NCBI GenBank assembly: GCA_963823335.1
Contig: CAWGLD010000001.1
Location: forward strand, 352,001-416,000
DNA: 64,000 nucleotides
Source of the DNA: an uncultured delta proteobacterium
Lineage (GTDB): Bacteria > Desulfobacterota > Desulfobacteria > Desulfobacterales > B30-G6
Reading direction: 5' to 3'
In this document: positions 17,895-28,433 of the stretch, piece by piece
How positions within the stretch are numbered: the first letter of the stretch is position 1
Layout of the letters: the number at the start of each line of letters is the position of its first letter
Made by a program: the position numbers and the translations under genes
The notes under the pieces: model-generated
Told to the model about the DNA's origin: nothing
Database searches by the model: none
The model's input: the letters and a program-made list of their open reading frames with translations, nothing else

Positions 17895-19190
17895 ATGGAT
17901 ATCGAACAGAAAGCAAAACAGGCTAAGGCTGCAAGCATCCATCTGGCTGCCGTCAGCGCCACCCAGAAGAACGAGGCGCTGGGCAACATTGCCCGGACAT
18001 TGCTGGCTCGAAAAGATAAGATCATTAACACCAATCAACTCGATCTGACAAAAGCGATAGCGGACAAGCTGGCACCACCTTTATTGAAACGCTTGAAATT
18101 TGACGCGTCGAAAATTCAGGAGTCCTGCGAAGGCATAGAAAGCCTCAGACGCCTGCCCGACCCCGTAGGGCAAACATTACGAGCCATCGAACTTGACAAG
18201 GGTCTCGAACTCTACAAGGTCAGCTGCCCCATAGGCGTCATCGGTGTCATATTCGAATCCCGGCCGGATGCCCTGGTGCAGATTTCTTCACTTTGCCTGA
18301 AAAGCGGCAATGCCGTTCTCCTGAAAGGCGGCAGGGAAGCTGCCCACACCAACAGGATCCTGGCGGATATCATTTCAACGGCGGCCAAGCAGGCGGGAAT
18401 TCCCGACGGCTGGATAGGGCTCATGGAAAGCCGGGGCGATGTTCAGGAACTGCTGGGTCTGGATCACACCGTCGATCTGATCATACCCAGGGGAAGCAAC
18501 GCCTTTGTCAAGCTCATCATGGACAGCACCCGCATTCCGGTGCTGGGCCATGCCGATGGCATCTGTCACGTTTATGTGGACAAACATGCCGATCTGGACA
18601 TGGCTGTCCGCATCACCGTGGACAGCAAGTGCCAGTATGTGTCGGTCTGTAATGCAGCTGAAACTCTTCTGGTTCATAGGGATGTGGCCCAGGATTTTCT
18701 GCCGGGCGTTCATGCGGCTCTGGCGGCACACAATGTCGAAATCCGAGGGTGCTCACAAACCGCCAGGTATATCGATGTCGTCCCGGCCACAGAAAAAGAC
18801 TGGCAAACCGAATACCTGGACCATATCCTGTCCATCAAAATCGTCGACACCCTGGAACAGGCCATTGACCATATCAACCGTTATGGCTCCGGGCACACCG
18901 ATGTCATCGTCAGCCAGGATAAACAACGGGCTGATATCTTCATGCGCCTGGTGGACAGCGCGGATGTCATGCTAAATTGCAGCAGTCGCTTCAGCGATGG
19001 TTTCCGTTTCGGGCTTGGCGCAGAGGTGGGCATCAGCACCAACAAAATCCACGCCCGGGGGCCCGTGGGCATGGAAGGGCTCATGATCTATCAGTGGCGG
19101 CTCATAGGAAACGGCCATATCGTCTCTGATTACACAGGCCAGGGATCAAGATCCTTTTCGCACAGACCCATCCAACAGGAGTTCAAATGA
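17895..19190 (+). CDS. proA: Glutamate-5-semialdehyde dehydrogenase
   Basis: IFESRP, SVCNAAETLL, FSDGFRFGLGAEVGIST, HARGP. Confidence 0.96.
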   Translation: MDIEQKAKQAKAASIHLAAVSATQKNEALGNIARTLLARKDKIINTNQLDLTKAIADKLAPPLLKRLKFDASKIQESCEGIESLRRLPDPVGQTLRAIELDKGLELYKVSCPIGVIGVIFESRPDALVQISSLCLKSGNAVLLKGGREAAHTNRILADIISTAAKQAGIPDGWIGLMESRGDVQELLGLDHTVDLIIPRGSNAFVKLIMDSTRIPVLGHADGICHVYVDKHADLDMAVRITVDSKCQYVSVCNAAETLLVHRDVAQDFLPGVHAALAAHNVEIRGCSQTARYIDVVPATEKDWQTEYLDHILSIKIVDTLEQAIDHINRYGSGHTDVIVSQDKQRADIFMRLVDSADVMLNCSSRFSDGFRFGLGAEVGISTNKIHARGPVGMEGLMIYQWRLIGNGHIVSDYTGQGSRSFSHRPIQQEFK

Positions 19191-20323
19191 AATTGGACCG
19201 AAAAACCTACCTGAAAAAAGTGAAACGGGCCGTCATCAAGATCGGCAGCGGCGTGCTGACCCGCAAAAACGGGTTGAACCTGAATTTAATAGATGATCTG
19301 GCAACTGAAGTCTGCAAACTCCGCAACAAGGGCATCGAGATTATTCTTGTTTCCTCGGGAGCCATTGCAGCAGGGTTGAAAAAGGCAGGTCTGTCCAAAC
19401 GCCCGACGTCGCTTTCACAAATGCAGGCTCTGGCCGCCATGGGACAAAGCAACCTGATCATGGCCTATGAAGAAGCTTTTTCCAGACAGGGAGCCAAGGC
19501 CGCACAGATATTGCTCACCAGGGATGACCTCACCCACCGGCGACGATATCTGAATGCCAGAAACACCCTGATGACATTGTTGTCCTGGAAGATCATTCCC
19601 ATCATCAACGAAAATGACACCGTCGGCATCGAGGAGATTAAATTCGGTGACAACGACAACCTCAGCGCGCTGGTGGTCAATCTGACGGAGTCTCATCTCC
19701 TGGTGAACCTGACCAACATCGACGGTCTTTACGATAAAGACCCGCGACATAACCCGGATGCACAACTGATCCCCCTGGTTGAAAAAGTGGATCGGCGAAT
19801 AACCAAAGCGGCCAGCACCATACCCGGTTTCCTGGGAACCGGCGGCATGGCCAGCAAATTGATGGCGGCCAGAAATATTTCCCTGGGAGGGATTGCCAGC
19901 ATTATTGCCAACGGCTCGAAACCGGACATTCTGAAAGATATCTTTTCGGGAAAATCTTGCGGCACATTTTTTCTCCCTGAGGTGAGCGCATTGAACAGCC
20001 GCAAGCAGTGGATCGCCTTTACCAAGAAAGCAAAAGGATCCATCGTAATCGATGACGGTGCCGAAAACGCATTGACCAAAAACGGCAAGAGCCTGCTCCC
20101 CTCCGGCATCACCTCCGTTCAAGGTCGATTCAGTATGGGAGATTCGGTGGTCATACAAGACAAAAACAAGCAAAAAATCGCTATCGGTATGGTCAACTAC
20201 AGTTCAGGGGATCTACAGAAAATTATCGGCGCTCGGACCAGCGAAATTGAATCGATCCTCGGGTATCGCCATGACGATGAAATCGTACACCGTGACAACC
20301 TGATTCTCGAGCTCCAGCTTTGA
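19187..20323 (+). CDS. proB: Glutamate 5-kinase with PUA domain
   Basis: IKIGS, VSSGAIAAG, NEND, FGDND, GTGGM, EIVHRDNL. Confidence 0.96.
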   Translation: MKLDRKTYLKKVKRAVIKIGSGVLTRKNGLNLNLIDDLATEVCKLRNKGIEIILVSSGAIAAGLKKAGLSKRPTSLSQMQALAAMGQSNLIMAYEEAFSRQGAKAAQILLTRDDLTHRRRYLNARNTLMTLLSWKIIPIINENDTVGIEEIKFGDNDNLSALVVNLTESHLLVNLTNIDGLYDKDPRHNPDAQLIPLVEKVDRRITKAASTIPGFLGTGGMASKLMAARNISLGGIASIIANGSKPDILKDIFSGKSCGTFFLPEVSALNSRKQWIAFTKKAKGSIVIDDGAENALTKNGKSLLPSGITSVQGRFSMGDSVVIQDKNKQKIAIGMVNYSSGDLQKIIGARTSEIESILGYRHDDEIVHRDNLILELQL

Positions 20324-20579
20324 AAAAGGGCGGGATTTGGCAACTTAAAGTAGTCTGTCGGAATAGCGATTCGGTTCAAGCGAATTGTTTTCTATAATTA
20401 TCTTGCATCATCTTCAATGACTTGTCCGTAAAAAACTGAACTGCTTACCCATCCTGCGCCAGAAGTACCTATAATACCCTCAATTATCGGTTCTACAACT
20501 CTATTGGTAGATTTCCAGACGATAATAAAACAAGATGCTTAATATTAATGAAATCAACATGATATTTATTCAAATCTCC

Positions 20580-22016
20580 CTATTCAAGCAGACCTTCTAC
20601 AAAACAACCATAGCTATCACCACCACCGACATCCGACATAGAATCAAATTCAGGGGGTATATTAGCCTTAACACCTGGGCCGCCTATATCAACAATAATT
20701 CCATTTTCAGCTAAATCGTCATCTCCCCTTTTTCCATCAACAAAATACAGCGTGATGTTATTTTTATTTATTTTAGCTCCGGTCTGGCCGTCAAAAATAA
20801 ATTCATACCAGTGATCAAATGGATCATCCGGGGTTGGGCCATACTTAGAATACGTGTTAAATGTAATCTCAGAGGGGAAATAAAAAGTTACGGATGTAGA
20901 GCCCCCGATGCGAATCCCTGCCACGGTAAATGAAAAAAATCCATATGAGAAATCTACGCCGGGCGGATAATTGTTGTCTGGTGGTTCAATAACCGCTTTA
21001 CAATTTTTAATTGACGTGCCGGGAGGCGTTTCGAGCACCACATAATCAGTTGCATTGTCAATCGCTAAAGAACTCACATTGCTTTGAAGACTGTCAAATA
21101 TACCATCATTATTTCCATCACCATCGATTGGACCAGCATTTTCCTCTTTATTGCTAACACCATCATTATCATAATCTGCTAAGAATACAGCTGTAATGGT
21201 CACGTCAGAATTGATAGATATTTTCTCAGGATTATCAGAAGAATCAAGCCCACCGCTCCATTCACTAAACAGCCACCCTGAATTGGCCGTTGCTGTCATC
21301 GTAATTAATGAACCCTTAGAGTAATAATCTTTTTCAGGATCAATCTCGACATTACCTGAACCAACAATATTTATGGTTAAGCTCAACAACTTATTCACTG
21401 TATTTATTGTATAGTTCTGGTTTGATTGATTGTTAATTACGTTGCTGTAGCTTCTGGATACCGGGGCAACACTGTAGCCTTTTCTGGTAGGGGTAACCGT
21501 ACCACTCCAGCCATAAGTTACATTACGGCTGTAGTACCCTGAACTGTTTGTAGTGTCTGTACCTCCGCCATTATCAAACGTCACAGTGACGCCACTGAAT
21601 CCGCTGCCTGACGACGTGCGGACATAACCGGAAATATTTCTTGTTTGAACTATCCCGGTATAGTCCTGGTCTTTTTGATCCCTTTTTACTTCACTGTAGT
21701 TCAAGTATGCCGGATCAAAATTGTAACCAACCCTGGATGGTGTGGCTGTACCACTCCAACCTTCTTTGACCTTCTGACTATAATAGCCAGAGCTATCCGT
21801 TGTTGTGGATTCTTCGCCATTACTGAACGTTATCGTGACGCCACTAATCTCATTACCTGATGACGTGCGGACATAACCGGATATCTTTTTATCTTTAGCA
21901 AAGCCATGAGATACTCCGATTGATAGCGAAACTATAAGAAGAATTAGCAACAGCCCGAAAAAGCGGGCTATAGGAGATTTCTTGCTGTGAACAGATTTTA
22001 ATAGCTCTGTTTTCAT
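20580..22016 (-). CDS. Secreted/surface protein: two carboxypeptidase-regulatory-like repeats, InlB B-like repeat, choice-of-anchor U-like domain, short GG..CF tail
   Basis: Signal peptide, duplicated ISGYVRTSSG modules, FSEWSGG, DGNNDGIFDSLQ...DGKRGDDD, ends GGGDSYGCFVEGLLE; AT-rich relative to neighbours. Confidence 0.7.
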   Translation of the reverse strand: MKTELLKSVHSKKSPIARFFGLLLILLIVSLSIGVSHGFAKDKKISGYVRTSSGNEISGVTITFSNGEESTTTDSSGYYSQKVKEGWSGTATPSRVGYNFDPAYLNYSEVKRDQKDQDYTGIVQTRNISGYVRTSSGSGFSGVTVTFDNGGGTDTTNSSGYYSRNVTYGWSGTVTPTRKGYSVAPVSRSYSNVINNQSNQNYTINTVNKLLSLTINIVGSGNVEIDPEKDYYSKGSLITMTATANSGWLFSEWSGGLDSSDNPEKISINSDVTITAVFLADYDNDGVSNKEENAGPIDGDGNNDGIFDSLQSNVSSLAIDNATDYVVLETPPGTSIKNCKAVIEPPDNNYPPGVDFSYGFFSFTVAGIRIGGSTSVTFYFPSEITFNTYSKYGPTPDDPFDHWYEFIFDGQTGAKINKNNITLYFVDGKRGDDDLAENGIIVDIGGPGVKANIPPEFDSMSDVGGGDSYGCFVEGLLE

Positions 22017-22337
22017 TATTTTTTCATTTCTTGAGGCTACAACCTGCTTAACATGCAGGTAACGTCATTATAACTCAACTAAAGTATCAATGCAAGAATC
22101 ATGCGGAAATGCCGGTTGCAAGAAAGAGTAACTATTAGAAAGACTTAGGCCTTAAGGTTTAAATGGAAAAGGGTAAATTGAGAAATCAATGCTATAATTA
22201 TTGGGTAGATAAGGTTAGAACGTCTGTAATTATGGATAGCACGTGTGGCCGTAGATGGCGGTCGCCTTATTCCTTCAGCGCGCTGCTCTGTCTTACCCGA
22301 ACGGTGCCAACACTTACGCCCCTTGTGCTTAAATCAC

Positions 22338-22509
22338 TAGAAGCTATCTCAAATAAGTTTTTTAGCCCAATTTCTGTGTTGGTCCCTTGCTTCAACTCCT
22401 CGGAATACTTGAGTATGCACCCCAAGGGCATTTCCTGCGGGCACCTGCGGGTTGAAGTTCGGGCCCGCCTTGAACTTGAGCCAAAACCCTTTTTTTGAGA
22501 TGGCTTCTA
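22338..22509. mobile_element. MITE family 1
   Basis: TAGAAGCTATCTCAAA ... TTTGAGATGGCTTCTA terminal inverted repeats with TA ends. Confidence 0.8.
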
Positions 22510-22630
22510 AAAAGTTTCTACTTTACGCCACAGCCCTGCGTAAACCTGAGCACAAGGCTTTTCAACATCGGAAAGATGATTTCAATTGATTTATCCATAC
22601 GCATCGATCTATTAAATGGAGGGCACCAAA

Positions 22631-22786
22631 ATGAAATGCCCAAAGTGCCAGTTTGACAATCGTGAAGGAGCTAAATTCTGTGAAGAATACATTTGCGAAA
22701 AACGAGCCAGCTTTATCAGACGGGCTAATGAAGCACTTCCACAAATGGTAGGTAAAGCCAGCAGTGGCGGCTCACTGCTTGATTGA
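22631..22786 (+). pseudogene. Remnant 5' end of a double zinc-ribbon protein
   Basis: GGAGG RBS, then MKCPKCQFDNREGAKFCEE; the motif breaks off and the frame stops inside the next MITE. Confidence 0.55.
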
Positions 22787-22903
22787 AGAACCTCGCAGCA
22801 AGCTACGAGGAATCTTCGACCGTAAGGAATTCTGTCTAATTTAGATTCGCTCGCTAACCCCGCAGCAACCTACGGGGAATGCGCTCGCTGTTGCGGTTCA
22901 ATC
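22781..22903 (+). mobile_element. MITE family 2 (REP-doublet-like)
   Basis: GATTGAA...TTCAATC ends; two internal hairpins CCTCGCAGCAAGCTACGAGG and CCCCGCAGCAACCTACGGGG; partial copy at 10929. Confidence 0.7.
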
Positions 22904-22952
22904 GGTGGGGTCTCAGGCGCTATCGGTCTGGCAAGCAATGTATTTAATAAAA

Positions 22953-24197
22953 ATGGCATATACGAACGATAAAAGTCGTTTCAACATTTTCTACGGTTGG
23001 TATATAGTTGCCGCCGGTACATTAGTGCTGGCCACCTGTTTCGGCATCAGTTACTCTTTCAGTGTTTATTTTCCCGCGTTACAGTCAGATTTTTCATGGA
23101 ATAGGGCTGCCACATCCGGAGTCTTTTCGCTTTATCTGCTGTTGGTGGGCTTTTTTTCCATTCTCTGCGGGCGGGCAATAGATCGCTATGGGCCTAAACC
23201 TGTTGTTTTAATCATGGGAGTGGTTACCGGCATTAGTCTTATTTTAACAGCACAGGTTCATGCTCTGTGGCAGTTCTATTTATCATACAGCGTTTTGTTG
23301 GCTGCCGGTACTGGTGGGATGTACATAATCGTCATGTCCACTGCCTCGCGCTGGTTTTATAGAAAAAGAGCCACAGCCATTGGTATTTTGGGAACCGGGG
23401 CGTCTTTAGGCCCGGTGGTTATGGCACCAGTCAGCGCGTGGCTGATAGAGGCTTATCAGTGGCGTACTGCCTATATGTTGACCGGAATTCTGGCCTGGAT
23501 TTTAATTATTCCAGGAGCCCTGGTTCTTAAAAAAGACCCGGCTGAAATTGGTGCGGGGCTTGATGGCGACCTCTACTTCCCGGCCGGATCCAGTGGCGAG
23601 GCAAAAAAAATAACGGCCTTTTCTATCACTGGGGCAATAAAAAGCCCCAGTTTCTCATATTTAAATATTGTTTGGTTTTGGTTTTCATTTTGCCTGTACA
23701 TGGTTATCACTCATATCGTCCCAGGTGCGCAGGATATTGGTCTTGATCCGATGCGGGCTGCTGGCGTTATGAGTATCCTGATGGCGGTTAGTGCTGTATC
23801 ACGTGTGGCTGGGGGAATGGCGGCTGACCTAGTGGACAAACGCAAACTGCTGGCAGCATTAATCACAGCAATGGCATTGAGTATGGTCTGGCTGACATCA
23901 GCCGACCAAACTTGGAAAATTTATCTATTCGCCATTCTTTTCGGCATGGTTTTCGGTGGTGGGGATCCGTCGTTGATTTCTGTGGTAACTGATGTTTTCG
24001 GAACTGCCAAAATAGGTACGATGATGGGTATTCTTATGATCAGTTGGGGACTGGGCTCTGCCGCTGGACCCTACCTGGCCGGCTGCATGTTCGATTACAC
24101 AGGGTCTTACGGATGGGCTTTCATCATCGCAGGCGGAGGATTGCTGATGTCAACTTTTGCACTTTTGAGGCTTAAAATTACAGATGGAAGGTTTTAG
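22953..24197 (+). CDS. MFS transporter (MCT/OFA-like)
   Basis: FYGWYIV, GRAIDRYGPK, about 12 TM segments; start uncertain (22905/22938/22953). Confidence 0.9.
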   Translation: MAYTNDKSRFNIFYGWYIVAAGTLVLATCFGISYSFSVYFPALQSDFSWNRAATSGVFSLYLLLVGFFSILCGRAIDRYGPKPVVLIMGVVTGISLILTAQVHALWQFYLSYSVLLAAGTGGMYIIVMSTASRWFYRKRATAIGILGTGASLGPVVMAPVSAWLIEAYQWRTAYMLTGILAWILIIPGALVLKKDPAEIGAGLDGDLYFPAGSSGEAKKITAFSITGAIKSPSFSYLNIVWFWFSFCLYMVITHIVPGAQDIGLDPMRAAGVMSILMAVSAVSRVAGGMAADLVDKRKLLAALITAMALSMVWLTSADQTWKIYLFAILFGMVFGGGDPSLISVVTDVFGTAKIGTMMGILMISWGLGSAAGPYLAGCMFDYTGSYGWAFIIAGGGLLMSTFALLRLKITDGRF

Positions 24198-24226
24198 CTT
24201 AACAATTTCTAACAAAAGGAGAGAAC

Positions 24227-24748
24227 ATGAATAAGACGACGGAAAATCTGAAGGCTGCCTTTGCGGGAGAGTCTGAAGCACGCAACAAATACACTTTTTT
24301 TGCCGAAGTCGCTCGCAAAGAAGGGTACCGTTACATCGCTAAAATTTTCGAGGAAACCGCCGAAAATGAACAGCAACACGCCAAAGATCACTTGCTGCTG
24401 CTGGATGGTATCGGGGACACCCTGGCCAACCTCAAGGAGGCCTGGGGCGGAGAAGATCACGAAGTGGAAAGCATGTACCCGGAATTCGCCAAAACTGCCG
24501 AGGAGGAAGGCCACAAGGAAGCCGCCATGGCGTTCAAGCAGGTCACCAAAATCGAAGCCCACCACAGGGCCCGGTACAAAAAATTGATCGCCATGGTCGA
24601 GGCCGGTACGGTTTTCAAGCGCGAGGCACCCATCAAATGGAAGTGCAGTGTCTGTGGTTACATACACGAGGCCACCGCTCCCCCCATGAAATGCCCCTCA
24701 TGCAAACATCCGCAAAGGTACTATGAGCCGGCTTATCTGGATGTTTAA
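24227..24748 (+). CDS. rbr: Rubrerythrin
   Basis: NLKAAFAGESEA, ENEQQH, IEAHH diiron ligands; CSVCGY...CPSC rubredoxin domain. Confidence 0.93.
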   Translation: MNKTTENLKAAFAGESEARNKYTFFAEVARKEGYRYIAKIFEETAENEQQHAKDHLLLLDGIGDTLANLKEAWGGEDHEVESMYPEFAKTAEEEGHKEAAMAFKQVTKIEAHHRARYKKLIAMVEAGTVFKREAPIKWKCSVCGYIHEATAPPMKCPSCKHPQRYYEPAYLDV

Positions 24749-24770
24749 AGAGGAAGCTATCGGCTAGCTG

Positions 24771-24800
24771 TGTCCCGCAAGCTTCAAAACCTGCGGGACA
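24771..24800 (+). terminator. Hairpin after rbr
   Basis: TGTCCCGCA ... TGCGGGACA. Confidence 0.45.
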
Positions 24801-25157
24801 TTATCTCAAAATGACATTCTGGCTACCATCAGGCCACCACCAAGCTAGCGACATCTGTGATAGGAAATTACTTTATGACGTCATGTAATGTGAATAAACT
24901 GGATTAAAATGCCGCCATTGATATCGTCTGTTCTCTGTATATTTTACTTTATTACATATATGTTGTTTTGTACTCTATTTATTTCAATTTTGTAATTTAT
25001 GGGCACAGGAATATTTTCCTGTAAATTATATGAACATTACATGAAATGTACGAGTCAATTTGGTTGAGGCTTTGTCAGGCCTGTGCTACGCTTGCGTAGT
25101 TTTTTTCGCTATGGAAACACCCACACCTTAGAAACCATCATAATATGACCACCGTAT

Positions 25158-25622
25158 ATGGCAGATGCGATAGAGGAAATGTATAAAATGAGTTTAACCG
25201 GTTTGATTCTCCTGGCAGCCATCGGCGGGGTTGCAGTGACGATTCAGGGACAGTTCATGGGCTTGCTGGACAAAAACATGGGCACCCTGGAAAGTGTGTT
25301 CATAACCTATTCGAGCGGGGGACTCCTGGCGGCCGTGGCGATGATTGTTTACCGCGGAGGCAATCTGAAAGCTGTCCAGACGGTTCCGTGGTATTCGTTG
25401 AGCGCCGGCCTTGTGGGCCTGGTTATCGTCGGAACCATCAGCTACACAGTGCCCAGGCTGGGTCTGTCCAAAGCCTTTACAATTATTGTCGCCGCCCAGT
25501 TTATAGTGGCCTCCCTACTGGATCATTACGGTCTGTTGGGCGCAGCTGTACGCCCCATGGATTTGTCCCGCCTGGCGGGAATGGCCCTCCTTGTTACAGG
25601 CGTCTGGCTCATTGTCAAATAG
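25158..25622 (+). CDS. DMT family transporter (YdcZ-like)
   Basis: Q..F, PWY...G, PRLG, AQ...DHYG motifs; start may be 25179 or 25188. Confidence 0.85.
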   Translation: MADAIEEMYKMSLTGLILLAAIGGVAVTIQGQFMGLLDKNMGTLESVFITYSSGGLLAAVAMIVYRGGNLKAVQTVPWYSLSAGLVGLVIVGTISYTVPRLGLSKAFTIIVAAQFIVASLLDHYGLLGAAVRPMDLSRLAGMALLVTGVWLIVK

Positions 25623-25631
25623 CCATAAGTT

Positions 25632-26846
25632 TTAGCGCATGGCCATGTCAATGTGATAGGATTTCCCGAGAACATTTTTAAAATATTCGAGCATTAGAAC
25701 CGAACTTAATTCATACCTGTCCATCTTCTCTACCTGCCCCTCCTTGAGTAGGTCGGTCACCCATTTAGAAGACAGGGATGGGTCATCGGTGTATTTTGTG
25801 CGTATCGATTTCAGATAGGACCGGTTCAGCTTTTGCAGTTCACCCATTTCCATGGCCTCAATCCTGGAAAAGACCCCTTCCATGGTCACAACATCCTCAA
25901 GGGATGGATGTTCTACAATGGCTTTATAGGCCTGGCCGAACCGCTCCAGCCCTTTGTGGATATGATGTTTCTTGACCATATTGATCTTCTGCCAACCGGC
26001 GTCGAGCCACTTGAAAGCCCCGCATTTGACCCGTGTCACTTCCCCTCGGGTCTCATAATAAACAATAATGGAGAAGGAGTCATACATGTAAGAGCTCACC
26101 CATCCCAGCCCGGGTTTGTTCAGGCCTTTTTTATCCGAATATAGATAGGTCCACTCTGTATCGGCCCCCAGCACAACCCCTTTTTTACCGACATCGGATA
26201 CATCCGTCTGCTTGCTGAGTGATATCAGAATATTATTTCCTTTGTGCTTCATCAGAACCAGGGTTCGGCTCAACCCATATCGGTAGTAAGCCCCTGTATT
26301 TATATCCGGTGTATTTTCAACGGTCTCCTGACCCGAGACAATAACAGGCTCGCCCAAATCTTCTAGATAATCCCATAATTTCGGCAGATTTTGTCTACCA
26401 CCACCAAATTCCGACCAGAAAGAAAGACGCACGGACGATGGATTGGTTATAAAGGAAGGAAGTGCTGGATTGTAGGACAGCTTCAGGACATGCGCCAACC
26501 CCGTATCCAAGGCAAATTCGTAATACGCCGAGGTTGCCTTGGATGTCCCATCAACATAGTAAAGCTTATCCTCCTCCTTTGGAGCAGTCACAAAGTCCAG
26601 AAGTCCCCCGATAACAACCGGTTTAAACCCCGTGGTCCCGCCGGAAACGGTCAATGCCATTAGATGTTCAAAGGCCGGATTCAATGCCTCGGGAACCTTT
26701 ATTTCCATCAAGTCGTTATCCGATCTGGCCGTAGACGGAACCCAGAAAACAACAAACAATAAGAGCAAGATCATCCACAACCACTTGGGTCTGTTGTCAA
26801 TTATATTTTCCGATATGCTTTTTGTATACATAAGAACCATCATCAT
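25632..26846 (-). CDS. Exported hypothetical protein
   Basis: 404-aa ORF with N-terminal hydrophobic segment; start uncertain. Confidence 0.7.
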   Translation of the reverse strand: MMMVLMYTKSISENIIDNRPKWLWMILLLLFVVFWVPSTARSDNDLMEIKVPEALNPAFEHLMALTVSGGTTGFKPVVIGGLLDFVTAPKEEDKLYYVDGTSKATSAYYEFALDTGLAHVLKLSYNPALPSFITNPSSVRLSFWSEFGGGRQNLPKLWDYLEDLGEPVIVSGQETVENTPDINTGAYYRYGLSRTLVLMKHKGNNILISLSKQTDVSDVGKKGVVLGADTEWTYLYSDKKGLNKPGLGWVSSYMYDSFSIIVYYETRGEVTRVKCGAFKWLDAGWQKINMVKKHHIHKGLERFGQAYKAIVEHPSLEDVVTMEGVFSRIEAMEMGELQKLNRSYLKSIRTKYTDDPSLSSKWVTDLLKEGQVEKMDRYELSSVLMLEYFKNVLGKSYHIDMAMR

Positions 26847-26896
26847 AAGGTTGAAAAAAAAGAGCCTCTCTCCGAGGAGAAGCTCGGTTATGTATC

Positions 26897-27068
26897 ATGA
26901 AGCTATCTCAAAAAAGTTTTTTGGCCCAATTCCTGTGTTGGTCCCTTGCTTCAATTCCTCGGAATACTACCGTATGCACCCCAAGGGCACTTCCTGTGGG
27001 CGCCTGCGGGTTGAAGTTCGGGCCCCCCTTGAACTTCAACCAAGACCCTTTTTTTGAGATGGCTTCAT
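26897..27068. mobile_element. MITE family 1
   Basis: GAAGCTATCTCAAAAAA ... TTTTTTGAGATGGCTTC; closely similar to 22338-22509. Confidence 0.8.
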
Positions 27069-27111
27069 GAAATTATAATTCGATAAAGACCATTGTCAAT
27101 GGGTGACGCTT

Positions 27112-27149
27112 CAAGCGATAAGCTGCTTAAAGCTAAATGCTTATCGCTT
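27112..27149. repeat. Heptamer-based palindromic repeat
   Basis: aagcgataagc...gcttatcgctt. Confidence 0.5.
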
Positions 27150-27223
27150 TCATGGATGGGTTCTTATGACATATCGCTGCAGGAGATTCCATTCGTGTTC
27201 AATGGTGGCGATGGCCTCTTTCA

Positions 27224-28387
27224 TTAAAATATATAATTCGATATGATCTCCTTCATTATCTCGGTGGTGCCGCCGCCGATGGACAGAATCCGGTTGTCCC
27301 GAAACAATCTTTCCACCAGATAACCACGCATGTATCCGTAGCCGCCGAATATCTGGACCGCATCATAGGTAACCTTGTCGCTAACACTGCAGGCAAAGTT
27401 TTTTGCCATGCTGATCTCTTTGATCTGGCTCTTTCCGGCATCGATCTTGGCTGCGATCCGGTAGGTAAACTCACGGCTGGCTTCCACAAGCGTTGCCATA
27501 TCCACCAGTTTGTGCCTTGTCACCTGGAATCCTTTCAGTTTCCTGCCGAAAGCATCCCTTTCCCCGGCATAGGCGATCGCCGATTCCAGGGCCAGCTGGG
27601 CCGTCATGTTGGCCATGATCGCCAGGGCCAGTCTCTCACCTTGAAAATTTTCCATGATGGTGTAAAAACCGGCGTTTTCTTCCCCCAGCAAATTTTGTAT
27701 CGGCACGCGACAGTCATCAAAAAAGATCTGGGCTGTGTCCGATGCCCACCAGCCCGTTTTTTTGTACTTTTCAGAAACAGAATACCCCGGGGTTTTCGAT
27801 TCGATGACCAGAAGACTGATGCCGTGGGCACCGGTTTCTCCGGTTCGCACAGCACAGGTGATCTGATCTGCCCGGTATCCGCTGGTAATGAACACCTTGC
27901 TTCCATTGACCCGGTAGTAATCTCCTTCCTTGACGGCTGTTGTCTGCAAATTAGCCACATCCGAACCCCCGCCCGGTTCTGTTATAGCAAGTGCCGATAT
28001 TTTTTCTCCCGCCAGAACCGGTTTTACAAACCGTTCTTTCTGGGATTCGGTTCCGGACGACAGGATCGGAGGGATAGCGATATTCAGGCTGCCCAGACCC
28101 GCCACCAGACCACCGGACCCCGAGCGCATCAGTTCCTCGGACACGGCGATGTGAAAAAAAATGTCTCCGGGTATGCCACCGTATGCTTCGGGATATCCCG
28201 TACCGAGAATACCTACCGTCGCTGCTTTTTTATAGAGCTCACGTGGGAATTCACCGGCTTCCTCCCAATCGTCTATAAAGGGAAGAATCTCCTTGTCGAC
28301 AAAGGCCTTGACCGATTTCCGCACCATGTCGTGGGCTTTGCCGAAGTATTCCTGACAACCTGCCTTGGCATTGAATTTGTAGGGCAT
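27224..28387 (-). CDS. Acyl-CoA dehydrogenase (AtuD/citronellyl-CoA DH-like)
   Basis: AITEPGGGSD, NGSKVFIT, FQGERL, SIGGGTTEIMK; adjacent to atuA. Confidence 0.9.
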   Translation of the reverse strand: MPYKFNAKAGCQEYFGKAHDMVRKSVKAFVDKEILPFIDDWEEAGEFPRELYKKAATVGILGTGYPEAYGGIPGDIFFHIAVSEELMRSGSGGLVAGLGSLNIAIPPILSSGTESQKERFVKPVLAGEKISALAITEPGGGSDVANLQTTAVKEGDYYRVNGSKVFITSGYRADQITCAVRTGETGAHGISLLVIESKTPGYSVSEKYKKTGWWASDTAQIFFDDCRVPIQNLLGEENAGFYTIMENFQGERLALAIMANMTAQLALESAIAYAGERDAFGRKLKGFQVTRHKLVDMATLVEASREFTYRIAAKIDAGKSQIKEISMAKNFACSVSDKVTYDAVQIFGGYGYMRGYLVERLFRDNRILSIGGGTTEIMKEIISNYIF

Positions 28388-28433
28388 TATATAATTTTCT
28401 CCCAAATAGTTGAGGATACGGGGTCAAAAATTT

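Noticed and set aside
22163-22498. ORFs 22163-22498 and 26632-27057 sharing a similar C-terminal peptide
   Set aside because: The similarity comes from reading through MITE family 1 copies; not a protein family.
24881-25045. 16-bp imperfect inverted repeat (TCATGTAATGT...ACATTACATGA) in an AT-rich spacer
   Set aside because: Single occurrence in low-complexity DNA; I cannot distinguish an operator or element remnant from chance.
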